The translations under genes were made by a program, and so were the position numbers. Positions 50,351-63,738 of a stretch of 64,000 nt of DNA are shown piece by piece; the first letter of the stretch is position 1; each line of letters begins with the position of its first letter. The stretch is from Chiloscyllium plagiosum (lineage: Eukaryota). The notes under the pieces were generated by a model. It saw only the letters and a list, made by a program, of their open reading frames with translations. It was not told the DNA's origin and searched no databases. The DNA lies in contig NC_057750.1 in the NCBI RefSeq assembly GCF_004010195.1, positions 3,282,761 to 3,346,760 of the forward strand, written 5' to 3'.

Positions 50351-53300
50351 TCACAAATTGGTGGCATCTAAACTTAGTCCAAGGACTTCCTTAACTGAAT
50401 GTCTAATGATGGTACCCAATATGAGAAATGTAATGCTAGTTGTATGACAGCGACTGGTGAAGCATGAATCTAATCTCTTGTAGCACACAAACGACAGATT
50501 CCAAACCAGCCGACTGTCTAGATTTATACAATGTTGCTGTCCCCGATGATTTATTTCCACTTGGTTAAAGTGGTGCTGCTTGCTGTAATATGAACCATTC
50601 AGCTAACGGACATATCTGAAGCAGTAATTCAGGGAGAGAGCTGCACTTTGTGTTCAACGTTTAATCTGCTACAGGATGACATTGAGAGTTTTATTAACCC
50701 ATCTCAAAATCCAATCACCTCTCCTGGCAAAAGCCCTTTGCAAAGTCCATGTTTTTCAGCTCCAGCTCCTACAAACCCTTCCCTATGACTTTACATCTAT
50801 TCCTTCGCCAACCTTATTTATTTCCTTGCCCTTTCTTGAACCTGAAAACTTTTCTTTTGTTGAAATTTTTAGCTGAATGAAAGTTGTTCAGACATGTGCC
50901 TGATGTTTGAGCCTTCCCTCAAATCTTCAAACGCCAAGGTGGGGGTCACAATGGGGGAAAGTTTGAGAGAGACCGGGGTAATGCTTCATCTGAGCATCCT
51001 TTCATTTGAAATTTGGCCTTGCATGTGTTTCAATGTGGGTCTTGGTTTGGATATGGTCCTGTTGCTTTCCGATACTGGCAGAATGATGACCAACGCCAGT
51101 CTGAGTGTGTCTAACTGATCCTTGTTGCTATCCAGCCTGCACCTCTCAATCAGATCATTTGCCTAATGTTTGGGTTTTAGCAGCTTCTTGTCAGAACGAG
51201 TTGCAATCCAACCTCTAATAGTTTCACCAATCAGGATTGTTGTTTGTTTTATTCTTTGACGGGATACCAGCAGAAACTGATTGGTCATGTCACTAGCAAC
51301 ATCAGCCCCAGGCTAATGTTTTGAGGCTGTCAGTTCGAATTCCACCATGGCAAAAGGTGAAATTCAAATTCAGTATGTTTTGTCACTAAAAAACTACACT
51401 ATCATAAAAACCTATCTGGTTCACTTTAGAGGAAGAGAATCTGTCATCCTTACCCAGTCTGGGCCCACAGTGTGACTCCAGACCCACAACAATGCTTTTA
51501 CCAGCCCTCAGAAATGGCTGAGTGAGCCTCTTCACTTAAGGGCAGATAAGGACAGATGATAAGTGCTGGCCTAGCCAACGATGCCCACATCCCATGAATG
51601 AGTTTAAAAAAAAAACCTTCTGCCACACAGCAGCAAGCTGTAAGGTCCTAACTTTGCAGAGTGTCAGCACTGAGTCAGTCAATGTAATGAGCAATCTTAC
51701 AGACACAAAACCATGCATGAACCTCTCAAACACACTGAAACATTCAACCCATCAGTAGCTCACTAAACCACAGGCTCTGGATGCATTGCAGGAGCTTTCT
51801 CATGGAAGTTCATGGACGCTGGGAATTTGTTTCCGTTAGGCGGGGAAACTAGGATCCATGGGCACAGCCTTAAAATTAGAGGGGCTCAATTTAAAATGGA
51901 AATGAGGAGACATTGCTTCAGCCAGAGTGTGGTGGGCCTGTGGAATTCATTGCCATGGAGTCCAGCAGAGGTTGGGACGTTAAATGTCTTCAAGACAGAG
52001 ATTGATAAACTCTTAATCTCGCAAGGAATTAAGGGCTATGGGGAGAGTGTGGGTAAGTGGAGTTAAAATGCCCATCAGCCATGATTAAATGGCGGAGTGG
52101 ACTCGATAGGCCTAATGGCCTTACTACCACTCCTGTGTCTTATGGTCTTATGGAGGGAGTGCAGTGTAGACTTACCTGAATGATACTAAACATGGATTTC
52201 AGGGGATGAATTGCAAGGAGAGTTTGACTAATCTAGGGTTCTGTTCCCTTGCATTTACAAGATCAATTGGTGATTTACTAACAGATATTAAAAGACACAG
52301 AGGATAGCTAGAGAGGACTTAATTCTGCTGACTGGGGGAATCCACATCTAGGGGACGGACTCCAAAAATTAAAACTAAACCTTACAGGAAACGCTCCTGC
52401 ACTGAAAGGATGGTGGAACTTTGTAGTTCTCCTCTGCAAGTGACAACTGATGCTTGACCAATTAACTTCAAAATTGAGATTGATAGGTTTTTGTTGCTGA
52501 AGGGTATTTAGGCCGAAACAGGTATGTAGAGGTAGATGGCAGGTCAAAGGTCAAAGTGCTTCTCCTGCTCCTGTATGTTTTACCTGCAATTGGGGATCGG
52601 TGACTGGTGTTTACTCCGTCCTGTATTGGACCCAACCCAGTGCTGTTTGCTCCTAAAATAGGAAGCATGCAGTCTCAGAGTTGGTGAGTGAAATACAGGT
52701 TATATCAACAAATAGATGATTAAAGGGTAGAGAAAATAAAGTGATTATGGGGAGAGGAGCAAATACTTATGATTAAGATGCTGCTTATAGGAAGGATAAT
52801 GACCATTAAGGAGGGGATGGGATGAATGGTCTGCTTTTGTACTGTAATTACTGTGTAAGTGGCTGGGAGAGCAACAAAGCAGAATTCTCTGTCAGTTTGC
52901 TGTAAATTTGTAAGCTGCCTCTGAGTTGACAGAAATAGTTGATGTAGGAAATACAAAATTGAATATTCCAGTATAGTGTTGTCTTCTGGGGTCAGGACTT
53001 ATGACAAATTGGGAGAGGGAGGTTCCTCCTGTAAGGGCAAAGTCTCAAGCAGGTTCTTTGTCTTTGTCCTGCAAATAACAAGTACAGAATCATTTCCCCA
53101 TAGTTCCAAGCTGACTCCAGGACGTGTTGCTAGCATATGTATGATGGGCTGAATGGCCATCTTGTTTTGCCCCAAGTATGATCTAGATCACTGCATACTG
53201 AATGTGAGCGATGCTGGTGCTGAGCGCAGCAGGGGTCCTGGCAGAGGTCATGAGCTCAGATCCCGAGGGGGCAAGTTGTGAAATTGAATTCAATAAAACC

Positions 53301-55399
53301 GGTTGATATGGAAGCTGACACAGAACTGATAAATCATGAAATTTGTTGGGCTGTTGCTAAAATGAAAAGCTAACGGGTTCACAAGTGCCCCCCAGGGGTG
53401 GGGGGGACCTGCCCTGTTCGTGCAGAGATTTGGCTGCTGATGGCTGTTCCCAAATCCTGTCTGTTTGTTAATACCTGTGGTAAAACTACTAATTGGTCAT
53501 GGTAACAACATGGTAATAAATTCAAGCAGTGTGCTCCACTCCTGAGGGTAAATAATTTGCCCCTTCCCTGGCCCTTGCATTGAAATGTACAAAAAAAATC
53601 TACAAGCAAGTTAAATAAATAAAACTGAAGAGATTTAAAGCAGAATACTTTGATTTGATTTAAAAGCTTTGATCAACACTCTAGCTGTCTCTGTTAAATT
53701 ATCTGGCTGGAAATAGCTGAGAATCCCATTTCCCTGTGACCGATTTATTACAGACCTTATTGCACTCTTGCTGTTCTGTGACCCAGACATAAATCCCATG
53801 GTTTCCTCATAATTTAATTGTCAGATTGGTATTTACTATCTGGAGTCTCTGATATGACTCCCATATGGTTCAGTCAGGACTTGGAATTAGCAAATCCCTG
53901 CAGTAAAAGTCTAATGCATTAGCTTAGGAAATAAATCAGCAAAGAAAATGCAATTTGGGAAAACTGTTGAGCATGATTGTCATGTTTTTTCCTCTTTTAT
54001 TCCTCCTCATCGTTTGGTTCCACAGTGCAGTGTGAGGCTGTTTGGTCCATCATAGGAAACTGTTGCAGTAGTAGGCCATTCAGCCCCTCAAATCTGCTTC
54101 TGCCATTCAAACAGATTATGGCTGATCATCAACAGTTTCCCCATATTATTGATATTCTAAGGCATGGAAACCATAAGATTTTGGAACAGAGAAGATCATT
54201 CAGCTCAGCATACCTGTGCAGGCTTTCTGAACAAACTGTCCAATTAATAAACCTGCTCTGCTCTTTCCCCAAGCTCCTTTTTTTTTAACCTTTGAAGTAT
54301 TTACTCAATTCCTATTTGAAAGCTGTTTTCAAACTGCTTCTACTCCCTATCAGGCAGTTGTGGTACAGAATCATAGTACCTCTCTTTCTAAAGAACAAAA
54401 TCTCAACTCTGTCATTTGGTTCTTTGGACATTTATCTGAAATCTGTGTCCCTCTGGTTACTGACTGTCCTGGGACTGCAAACTGTTTCTCCCTATGTTTT
54501 CCATCAATACCCTTCATCATCATGTTAAATCTCCCTTTAATTGTCTCTGCTCTAAGGAGAACAACCCCGCTTTCTCCAGTCTCTCTGCATTGTGACATTA
54601 CTGGTGCCATTCTAGTCAATCACTTCTAAACTCTTGCCAAGATCCTAACATCCGTTCTACCACATGGTGTCGAGAATTGGACGCTATACGCCAACTAAGG
54701 CTGAACCTGTGATATAAAAAGGAGATAATATATTTACATTTTAAATTTGGTTTTAATCCATTGGATTAGACAATTGAGGTTAATTCTGCCATGGTGTAAA
54801 GCAGCATGTGATTCAGTACCAAAATGCACCACCTGGTATAGGTCTGAGCCACATGAGCTGGTAAGATCCCAGTGTGAGCCACTGATCAGTCACCATTCAG
54901 TCAACCCTGTTGCAGGGAACATTGAGGTAGCATTCACCTGCGAGGTTTCCTCTTGCATGGTCCAATTTCCTGTCCACCTTCTCTTGCTATCTAGAGGCAG
55001 ATGTGAAGAACAGCCACTTGGGAGGCAGGGTAGAGAAAAGAAACCCCTGTCAATGGGTCTACATTTGGACACAGCATGTGTCAATGTGGCACAGTTGGGA
55101 GACCACTCACCTCTGACTCACCACAGCTTGTGGGCAATAAGCTCAATTCCAGTGCTTTGACACCTAGAAAGAGGGTGCTGCGAGAGTGGGGAGAAAATTC
55201 TTTGCTAGATATCCCAACCTTTGAAGATTTAATGCAGAATTGCAAGAGAAACAGGCCATTCAGCCCACCCAATCTGTGCTGGTATTTACATGCCACTTGA
55301 ATCACATTCCATACTCAAATTTCTTCATTTCAGCCCCTCAGCATCTCTTTCTGTTCACTTTTTACTCTTGTACTCATTCAGCTTCCCTTTGAAAGCAAA

Positions 55400-56830
55400 A
55401 TTAAAGCCCATGGGATTGGGGCTAATGTATTGAGGTGGACAGAAAGTTGGCTGGCAGACAGAAAAGAGGGGTGACCTTATAGAGGTTGTAAAATCATGAG
55501 GGACATGGATAGGATAAATAGACAAGGCTTTTGCCTGGGGTGGGGAAGTCCAGAACTAAAGGATATAGGTTTAGGGTGAGAGGGGAAAGATATAAAAGGG
55601 ACCTAAGGGGCAACGTTTTCATGGAGAGGGTGGTGCATGTATGGAATGAGCTGCCAGAGGAAGTGGTGGAGGCTGGTACAATTACAGCATTTAAAAACCA
55701 TCTGGATGGGTAAATGAATAGGAAGGATTTAGAGGGCTATGGGCCAAGTGCTGGCAAATGGGAGTAAATTAGGTTAGGATATCTGGTTGGCATGGATGAG
55801 TTGGACCGAAGGATCTGTTTCTGTGCTGTACATCTCTATGATGCTAAATGGATCTTTTTCTGAATGAGAGGCGATTCACAAGGATCCTACCAAAACTCCA
55901 ACTATTCACAATATATGTTAATGACTTAGATGAGGGAACTAAATGTAATATCCCAACATTTGCAGATAACATAAAGCCAGAGGATGGGCCATCTGTGTGG
56001 AGGATGCAGGGATGTTGCAGTGTAGTTTGGACAGACTGAAGGCATGGGCAAATGCATGGCAGATGCAGTATAATGTAGATAAAAGTGAGGTGGCAGCAAA
56101 AATAGGAGGGCGGATTATTATTTGAATAGCTGCAATTTGAGAGAGAGGAATGTTCGAAGAGGCATGGGTGTGCCCGTTCACCAGTCACTAAGAATAAAAG
56201 TGCAGGTGCAACAGGCAGTGGAGAAAGCAAACTATATATTGGCATTCCTTGTGAGAGGATTCAGGTACAGGAACAAGAGTGTCTTGCTACAATTATACAG
56301 GGCATTGGTGAGGCCTCACCTGGAACACTGTGTGCAGTTTTGGTTTCCTTACCTGAGGAAGGAGGGAGTGCAGCGAAGGTTTACTAGCCTGATTCCTAGG
56401 ATGGTAGGGCTGATGTTTAGGATTGTATTCCCAAGACTTTAGAACAATGAGCCGAAACCCTACAGAAATCTATAAAATTTTAAGAGGACTAAACAGGTTA
56501 AATGCAGGAAGAATGTTCCTGATAGTGGGGGGAGGCCAGATCTAGAGGTCATACCTTAAGGATAAGGGGTAAACCTTTTAGGACTGAGATAACAAAAACT
56601 TACTTCACCCAGAGAGAGGTGAGTTTGTGGGATTCACTGCTGCAGAAGGTAGCTGAGCCCAAAACATTTGTGTTTTCAAGAAGGACGGAGGTATGTCTCT
56701 TGTGGCTAAAGGGATCAAAGGATATGAGGGAGGAGGGAAGGATTAGGATATTGAGCTTGATGATCAACCATGATCATGATGAATGGGAGAGCAGTCTGGA
56801 CGGATCAATAAGCCTGTTTCTGGTCCTGTC
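55400..56830 (+). mobile_element. Nested CR1 fragments
   Basis: ORFs 55531..55713, 55848..56039 (FTIYVNDLDEG..FADN) and 56122..56442 (LVRPHLEHCVQFW). Confidence 0.85.
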
Positions 56831-57307
56831 TTCTATATTTCTATCTCACTCTCTTCCTCAAGTCCATTCTGTGGTAACAAGTTCTTGTCTAACCATTCTT
56901 TGAATAAAGAAATTTTTCCTGACCTCCATTTTGTTACTGCTTTATACTTGAAGGTCCTAGTTTCAGAAGTGGAACCTATTCTCTCTGCATCTTCTCTGGT
57001 CCAACACATTTGTAAATTTTTAATACCTGTATGAGGTCTCTTGAAAATCTTCGCTTTCTTCATAAGAGAAAAACTCAGTCTGTTTGGTTATTCCTGATAG
57101 CTGTAATCCCTCAAGTCTGGTCCTGGTTAAAACTAGAAACAGTGGAGAAAGTTGAAAAATATCCTTCTTTATGAAATGAATATCAGGGTCCGTTGTCTCC
57201 TTCTGTGAATCAGCTACGACTGGGACACCTTTTAACCTGCTTGCTCTAGATTCAGTCCTGGTCCACTCCCACTGATTCCTGCAAACTCAGCAGCCACACG
57301 CCTGGAA

Positions 57308-57437
57308 AAAGTTAAAAATCACACAACAGCTGGTTATAGTCCAACAGGAAAGTACACGTTTTCAGAGCGCTGTTCCTTCATCAGGTTGTGTGATTTTTAA
57401 CTTTGTCCAGCCCAGTCCAATACCGGCACCTCCACAT
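57308..57437. mobile_element. PLE-derived short fold-back element, family B
   Basis: AAAGTTAAAAATCACACAAC / GTTGTGTGATTTTTAACTTT inversion; CTGATGA..GAAA on minus; TSD CACAC(G/T)CCTGGAA at 57295-57307 and 57438-57450. Confidence 0.8.
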
Positions 57438-58796
57438 CACACTCCTGGAAGCCATTGGGTGGCTTCAAGAATAGCAAACCTCTGCTCTTCAGCATTCTGA
57501 AAACAGGAACACAACTCGGATTCGGTTCAGATTCCCAATTTCTGCCCACCATCTCCACACCCAGAAAAGCTGGGCCCAAGAGTTGCGCTCTAATTGCAGC
57601 CTGGGATTGTCCTTGCCTCTCTGTAGTAGACCCATTGCAGTGGCTTAAAGATAAAGGGGAGGGAGTGATTTTTCCAATGTCCTGTCCAGCATTACTTTTT
57701 TTTTACAAAAAGGAGCAATTTAGCATTGCATTCTTATCAATATTATTTGTGGGATCTTGCTGTGTGTAAAATGGCTGCCCTGTCGAAAAAAGTCCCCTTG
57801 TGCAGTGAACTGCGTTGCCTCGTTTTGCGCGGTGCAGGGAGGTGGATTGTAAATGTACCAGTTTTTGTTTCCCTTGCCAGTTTCATCAAGAATGATTTCT
57901 ACATTGGAACATGATCACCAGCCTGTGCATTACTGTCATCTTTCTGTCTCAACTATAAAAGAACTCATATAAAAGAACTCCGTTTTGTTATACGAGCGAG
58001 CGAAAGAGCCTGTTTATGAAGCATTACTGGGGTCAAGGGATGCTTTGAAAGGATGAGCATTGTTGGATGAAAGCTCAGGGGAACATTGATTTTTTTCAGA
58101 GCAGTATATTTTCTTAATGTGCAGTCAGTGTTAACACTGTAAGAGTGGACTGTGACTGTATGTTAGTGATTGATTTTACACCAGATGCACTAGTCCCTGG
58201 TATAAAAGCTGAGATTATAACTGCTTGTTCAAATAGGAATAGTTAAATATTCAGGTACTCAAAGCTGGAATAAGGCAGGGGGACAACTATTTAACAGTTC
58301 CTATTGTCCAAGGTTTGTTCCTTAAGGTTTTTTCCCTCCCAGACAGACTAATCTTTGGAAAAATATAGGAACAGAAGGTGGCCATTCAGCCCTTTGAAAT
58401 TGTGGCTGACCTCTATCTCCATCTATCTGCCTTGGTTCAGTAAATGCTAGTCTCCTTTTTTAATAAAACAAATCTATCAGTTTTGATACTTTCATTTAAC
58501 TCCCTTCCTCACACCAGTTTTATTTTGGTAGAGGGAGTTCCAAATTTCCATTGTCACTTGACGAGACTGCAGGGGAATTAGAACATAGAACATAGAACAA
58601 TAGAATTGTATCTAACAGTATGTGTTTGTTGTGTGTAATGTGCTGCTGAGTCTGATGCATCACTTATTGCCATTCCAGCTGATATTCCTCTCAGTCTCGG
58701 AACAATGATTTGCCTTATCTCCTACTGCAGCTGAGATGTGCTGACCCAGCACATGCTGACTATACTGGTCTGTATTGCTCAGCTGGCAGTGAATCA

Positions 58797-59285
58797 TCAT
58801 AGAGTCATACAGCACAGAAACAGACCCTTCGCTTTAACCAGTCCACGCTGACCATAATTTCAAACTAGACATATTCCTACCTACCTACTCCTGGCCCATA
58901 TTCCTCCAAACCTTTCCTATTTGTGTACTTACCTAAGCATCTTTTAAACATTATAACTGTGCCCACATCCACCACTTTCTCAGGAAGTTCATTCACATGC
59001 AAACCCCCTTCTGTGTAAAAAAAATTGCCCCTTGTCTTTGTTAAATCTCTCTCCTCTCACCTTAAAAATATGCCCCTGGTCTTGAAATTCCTCATCCTAG
59101 AGAAAAGTCAACTACCATTAATTCTATCTATACCCCTCACGATTTTATAAATCTCTGTAAAGTCACCTTCCAGCCTCCTATACTCCAGTGAAAAACATCC
59201 CAGCCTATCCAGCCTTTCTTAATAACTCAAACCTTCCATTTCCGGCAACATCCTGGTAAATCTCTTCTGAACCCTCTCTAGCTTA
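58797..59285 (-). mobile_element. CR1 3' end
   Basis: Same family 3' sequence and tail as other copies. Confidence 0.8.
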
Positions 59286-59888
59286 GGAGAGGGAAAGAAA
59301 GCTTGCCTTTATTTAGCACCTTTTATGGTCTCATGACAATGCCAAAGCACTTAACAGTCAATTAAAGAGTTTTTGAAGTGGAGTCATTGCCGTGATGTAG
59401 AAAATGCAGCAGCCAATTTGCACACAGCAAGATTCCATAAACAGCTGACTGTATTACTGTTCTATCTGGAGCTAATGTCAAAGTTGACCCCTGATATTAT
59501 TGAAGGCCAAAGCTATATTGTCTACTTTCACTCCTGTTGATGATTGAGAGACGAGTATTGGCTCAGGGCACTGAGGAGAGATGTGCTGTTTGAAGGAGTT
59601 CCATGTTTTACTCTTTATCTCCACCTGAGAGGGGCAGACATCTTAAAGGAAAGCCAGCACCTCTGATAGTGTAACACTCGCTCACAACTGCGCTGGAGTC
59701 TCTGACTTGATGGCCTAGATAATTGATAATGAAACAACTTTACTGTACATTAACCTGTTCTTAACCTTTCACCTTTCCTGCTTTCTAATGTGTGTCAAGC
59801 AGATTGGCGTAACACGACTAGGTGATTAAGGGGATTCTTGTTTGTTATGTAACTCTGAGGTCTCCTCTTGCTCTTTCTGTTGATCCAG

Positions 59889-59982
59889 ATTCTCAAGCGA
59901 GGTTGCCACGTGAACGATAGGGATGGACTGACCGACATGACTTTATTGCACTACGCCTGCAAGGCAGGAGCCCACGGAGTCG
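59889..59982 (+). CDS. CLIP3: CLIP3 coding exon 3, ankyrin repeat (ILKRGCHVNDRDGLTDMTLLHYACKAGAHGV)
   Basis: 94 nt, CAG acceptor and GTAGGT donor, phase consistent. Confidence 0.97.
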
Positions 59983-60329
59983 GTAGGTGGATGAACTATA
60001 CAGCTGAGGGGGGTCCACAGAGATCTCTGAAAGGAAATGGGGAAAGGCAGCACCCATCTTGTTCCCAAATCTGACATCTATAGCAGGTTAAAAACGAACT
60101 TCACTCCCCCAACACCAACACGCCCCTCCCAAAAACACACAGCGAAGGCGTCGTTCTGTGAAATATGGAGTTTGTGTACTTATTATGAATTCCTTAATGA
60201 AGCAGAGCCTTAAGGGGTTTGTTGTTGCACTGAGCTGTATCCAATGAAACACCAAAAGGTCCTACTTTTACGAAAAGTTCTGTTGCAGTCCCTTAAAGAT
60301 AATCTAATTGCTGTGGCACCATTCTCTTG

Positions 60330-60740
60330 TAAATTCCAGCTCATCCAAAACTTTGCTACCAATGTGCTAACTCACGCCTTCATTTAAACATCTTCTTTTT
60401 GTGTCCACTCACCAAATTGGCTCCTAGTCCAATTTTAATTGAATTTTAAATTCTCATCCTCATGGTCAGCTTGCCTTGGGATCTCTGTGCTCCTCCAGTT
60501 GCAGCCCTTGAACATCCCTTAATTGTAATCACTTCACCATTGGTGGCTGTGCTGAGACCCCAAATTATGGAAGCTCCTCCTAAAACTCCTCCACTTACCC
60601 CCCCTTCCCTCTCCTTCAATTGAAATCTACTTCAGTGACAGCCCAGATACCTCCCTCACATGCCACATTTTGTTTGACTCCTGTGTGCAGTTTCTTGGGA
60701 TATTTTTTTTTGTTACAGGTGCTATGTAAATGAAAGTTGT
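60330..60740 (+). mobile_element. Old L2 LINE 3' fragment
   Basis: Degenerate QLIQN.A..VLT...WLLV...I.FKIL; tail AGGTGCTATGTAAATGAAAGTTGTTG. Confidence 0.55.
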
Positions 60741-60744
60741 TGAT

Positions 60745-61087
60745 CATAGAATCCCTACAGTATGGACGCAGGCCATTCGACCCATCAAGTTCACACTGAC
60801 CCTCTGAAGAGCAGCACACCCAGACCCACCCCATCCTCTCCTTGTAACCCTGTATTTCCCATGGATAACCACCAAGCCTGCACGCTAAGGGGTAATTTAC
60901 CATGGCCAATCCACCCTAAACTGTGCATCTTTGGATTATGGGAGGAAACTGGAGCACCCGGAGGAAACCCACGCAGATACTGGGAGAATGTGCAAACTCC
61001 ACACAGAGAGTAGCCCAAGGGTGGAATCGAACCCAGATCCCTAGCGATGTGAGGTAGCAGTGCTAACCATTGAGCCACCATACTGCC
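60745..61087 (-). mobile_element. HE1-type V-SINE, full length
   Basis: tRNA head with GGTTCGATTCC, V-domain, CR1-like tail. Confidence 0.85.
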
Positions 61088-61124
61088 TGTTGATGGTAAG
61101 ACCTGTCTCTGTTTCTGTGTCAAG

Positions 61125-61286
61125 GGGATCCTGTGGCTGCTGTGCGCCTGTGCAACCAGCTGATTTCTTTGGGAGCTGATGTCGGACTCCGCAGTCGCTG
61201 GACCAACATGAATGCCCTTCACTACGCCGCTTACTTTGATGTCCCAGAGATAGCCCGGATCCTCCTGAAGGCTCACAAATCGAAAG
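61125..61286 (+). CDS. CLIP3: CLIP3 coding exon 4, ankyrin repeat (GDPVAAVRLCNQLISLGADVGLRSRWTNMNALHYAAYFDVPEIARILLKAHKSK)
   Basis: 162 nt, AAG acceptor, GTAGGG donor. Confidence 0.96.
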
Positions 61287-61639
61287 GTAGGGGATGGGCT
61301 TCCAACACTCTACCGGCTTCAGACTTCAGGATACTGCGGGCCTGGGATTCTGTGTCAATCTTTCTCTCTCTGCTTACTGAGAACTGAAACACCACGGCAA
61401 ACTCTGTGGGTGATGGTTGTTTAGTTGTTACTAATTGGGTTTGAAACCGAAAGCCTCAACTCTTTGTCAATCCAAGACTCTGTTTTTGTAGAATAACAGA
61501 AACGTGACATGCAGAAGGAGGCTATTCAGCCCTCCAAACCTGTACTGGCTCTTTGAAAGCACATTCGGCAAATAAAGACCCTGTCATTGTCTCCTAGTTT
61601 CTGGCACATTTCTTTTGAGAATTATATAATTACTATACA

Positions 61640-62345
61640 ATTTAAAGCAGGGCCTTGGGTAGTATTATAGAACAGAGAGACTTAGGCGGTTCAGGTACAT
61701 AATTCTTTGAAGTTTGCTTCACACGTAGACAGAGTGGTTAAAAAGACATTTAGCATGCTTGCCTTCATCGCTCAGACCACTAAGTATAGGAGTTGAGATG
61801 CAATGTTGTGGTTGTATAGGTCGTTGGTGAAGCCCCTGCTGGAGTACTGTGTCCGATGCTGGTCCCCTGTTATAGGAAGGATATTATTTAACTGGAGAAG
61901 GTTCAAAAGAGATTTACCAGAATGTTGCTGGAAATGAAGGGCTTGAGTTATATGGAGAGGCTGGAGTATTGGAAGTTATGGGGTGACCTCTCTCAAGGTT
62001 TATAAAATCATGATGAGGTGAATAGCAGGTGTTCTTCAAGGGTAGGGGTTTCAAATCTAAGGGGGATATTTTTAAGGTAAGAGGAGAAAGATTTAGAAAG
62101 GACAAGTAATGAGCGACAATTCTTTTATACAGAGAGTGGTACGTGTGCAGTATGACCTACCAGAGAAAGTGGTGGATGTGGGTACAGTTACAGTGTTTAA
62201 AAGACATTTGGATAAGTTCGTGAATAAGAAATGTGTGGTGGGATATGGGCAAGCACAGGCAGGTGGGACTAGTTTAGTTTGGGATTATGTTCAGCATGGG
62301 CGAGTTGGACTGAAGGGTCTGTTTCTGTGTTGTATGACTCTGTGA
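61640..62345 (+). mobile_element. CR1 3' fragment
   Basis: ORF 62109..62345 and upstream LV.PLLEYCV motif. Confidence 0.8.
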
Positions 62346-62503
62346 TATGGCCTATAATATTTCCTTAATGGCTCCTTGCATTTGAGATGTGACCAATGCT
62401 CTAAAAGTAGGAACTTTCAATTTCCTGTCTTTTTTTGCAAAGTGTGATCTCTGGACTTGAGGTCTGTTTGCTGAAATATTTGTTCTCTCCTGTGTTTCCA
62501 CAG

Positions 62504-62622
62504 TGCTGAACTCCACCTGCAGTGATTTCAATCACGGCACAGCCCTGCACATTGCAGCTTCTAACTTGTGCCTGGGAGCTGTGAAGTGTCTCCTTGAGCA
62601 TGGGGCTAATCCAGCGGTCAGA
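62504..62622 (+). CDS. CLIP3: CLIP3 coding exon 5, ankyrin repeat (VLNSTCSDFNHGTALHIAASNLCLGAVKCLLEHGANPAVR)
   Basis: 119 nt, CAG acceptor and GTAAGT donor. Confidence 0.97.
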
Positions 62623-63738
62623 GTAAGTGGAGAGCTCTTTGCTCAACTCCAACATTCCCTCCTTCCCTCCTTTCCTGAAGGCCCTGGGTTGCACAATGAC
62701 CGGGGACTCACTGACTGTCCAATCCTCAAGTGAGTATACCCCTCAGATCCTCTAATCTGGCATCCATCCAGCCCATGGCTGACGGATTATGGCAAGTACC
62801 ATTTTATACCACCCATTTTATTTTAACCCAAAGAATCCTGAATCCCATTGCATTGCCCCCCCCAGTTGTTCCCCTGGCTTGTTATGTTGGATTTGTCGGC
62901 GTTATTTCACAGTCTCCTTGTATGCAGGAGTAAATCTGCAGAAATTGCTGGAGAAACTCAATGGGTCTGGCAGCATCTGTGGAGAGAGAAGTAGAGTTAA
63001 TGTTTCAGTGACCCATCTTCAGAACTCAGTCTGCAAAATCTCCTATGAGCCTGCAGGTTGTGCTAAGTTTGAACCCACTGCTTGTATTTTCAGTACAACT
63101 TGGTGTTTCACTTGGACCTGGTCAACCTGCTCACTGTCTTTCTGCCCTCAGACACGGCGTGTTTGCCCAGCTCCCTGGGCAGGCCCACGGTGGTTTGGAC
63201 CTCCCAGGAGATGATATTGCTGTGCTGGTTGTAATGGGCCAGCCGAGAAGCCTCCCCTGCTGTCCATCAAACATATTATTGATGACCATGTTCATGAGGC
63301 TCGTCGCCTTGGACGAGATGCAGGGTTGGGGTGAACATGCCTTATGTACAGCATGTTGACCAGCCACACTCAGCAAATCCAATGTAAAGGCAGCTTGAAA
63401 TCAACTAGAGAGACTGTAGTATAGCTCAGTGTCACTGGGCTAGTAATTCACAATTAGCGGCCTGACTAACATGAGTTCAGATCCAACCACGTCCATTGGA
63501 AGAATTCTTTGCTGGGTTACCACCACCTTCCCAAGATCAGGGGGATGAACAGGAAAGGTTGGTCTAGCAATGTCCACATTCCATGAGGGTGGAAAATGTG
63601 CCCCTTGGCTGTTGTAATGTTTTTGCTTGGGTTGCTTTCCCGGTCCTCACCTTGTTGACCTCACAATAGTAAGAACTGTACTCCTATGTCTCTATTCTTT
63701 TGAATGTTTAGACTTCTCGTTCTTTTCTAACCGAACAG

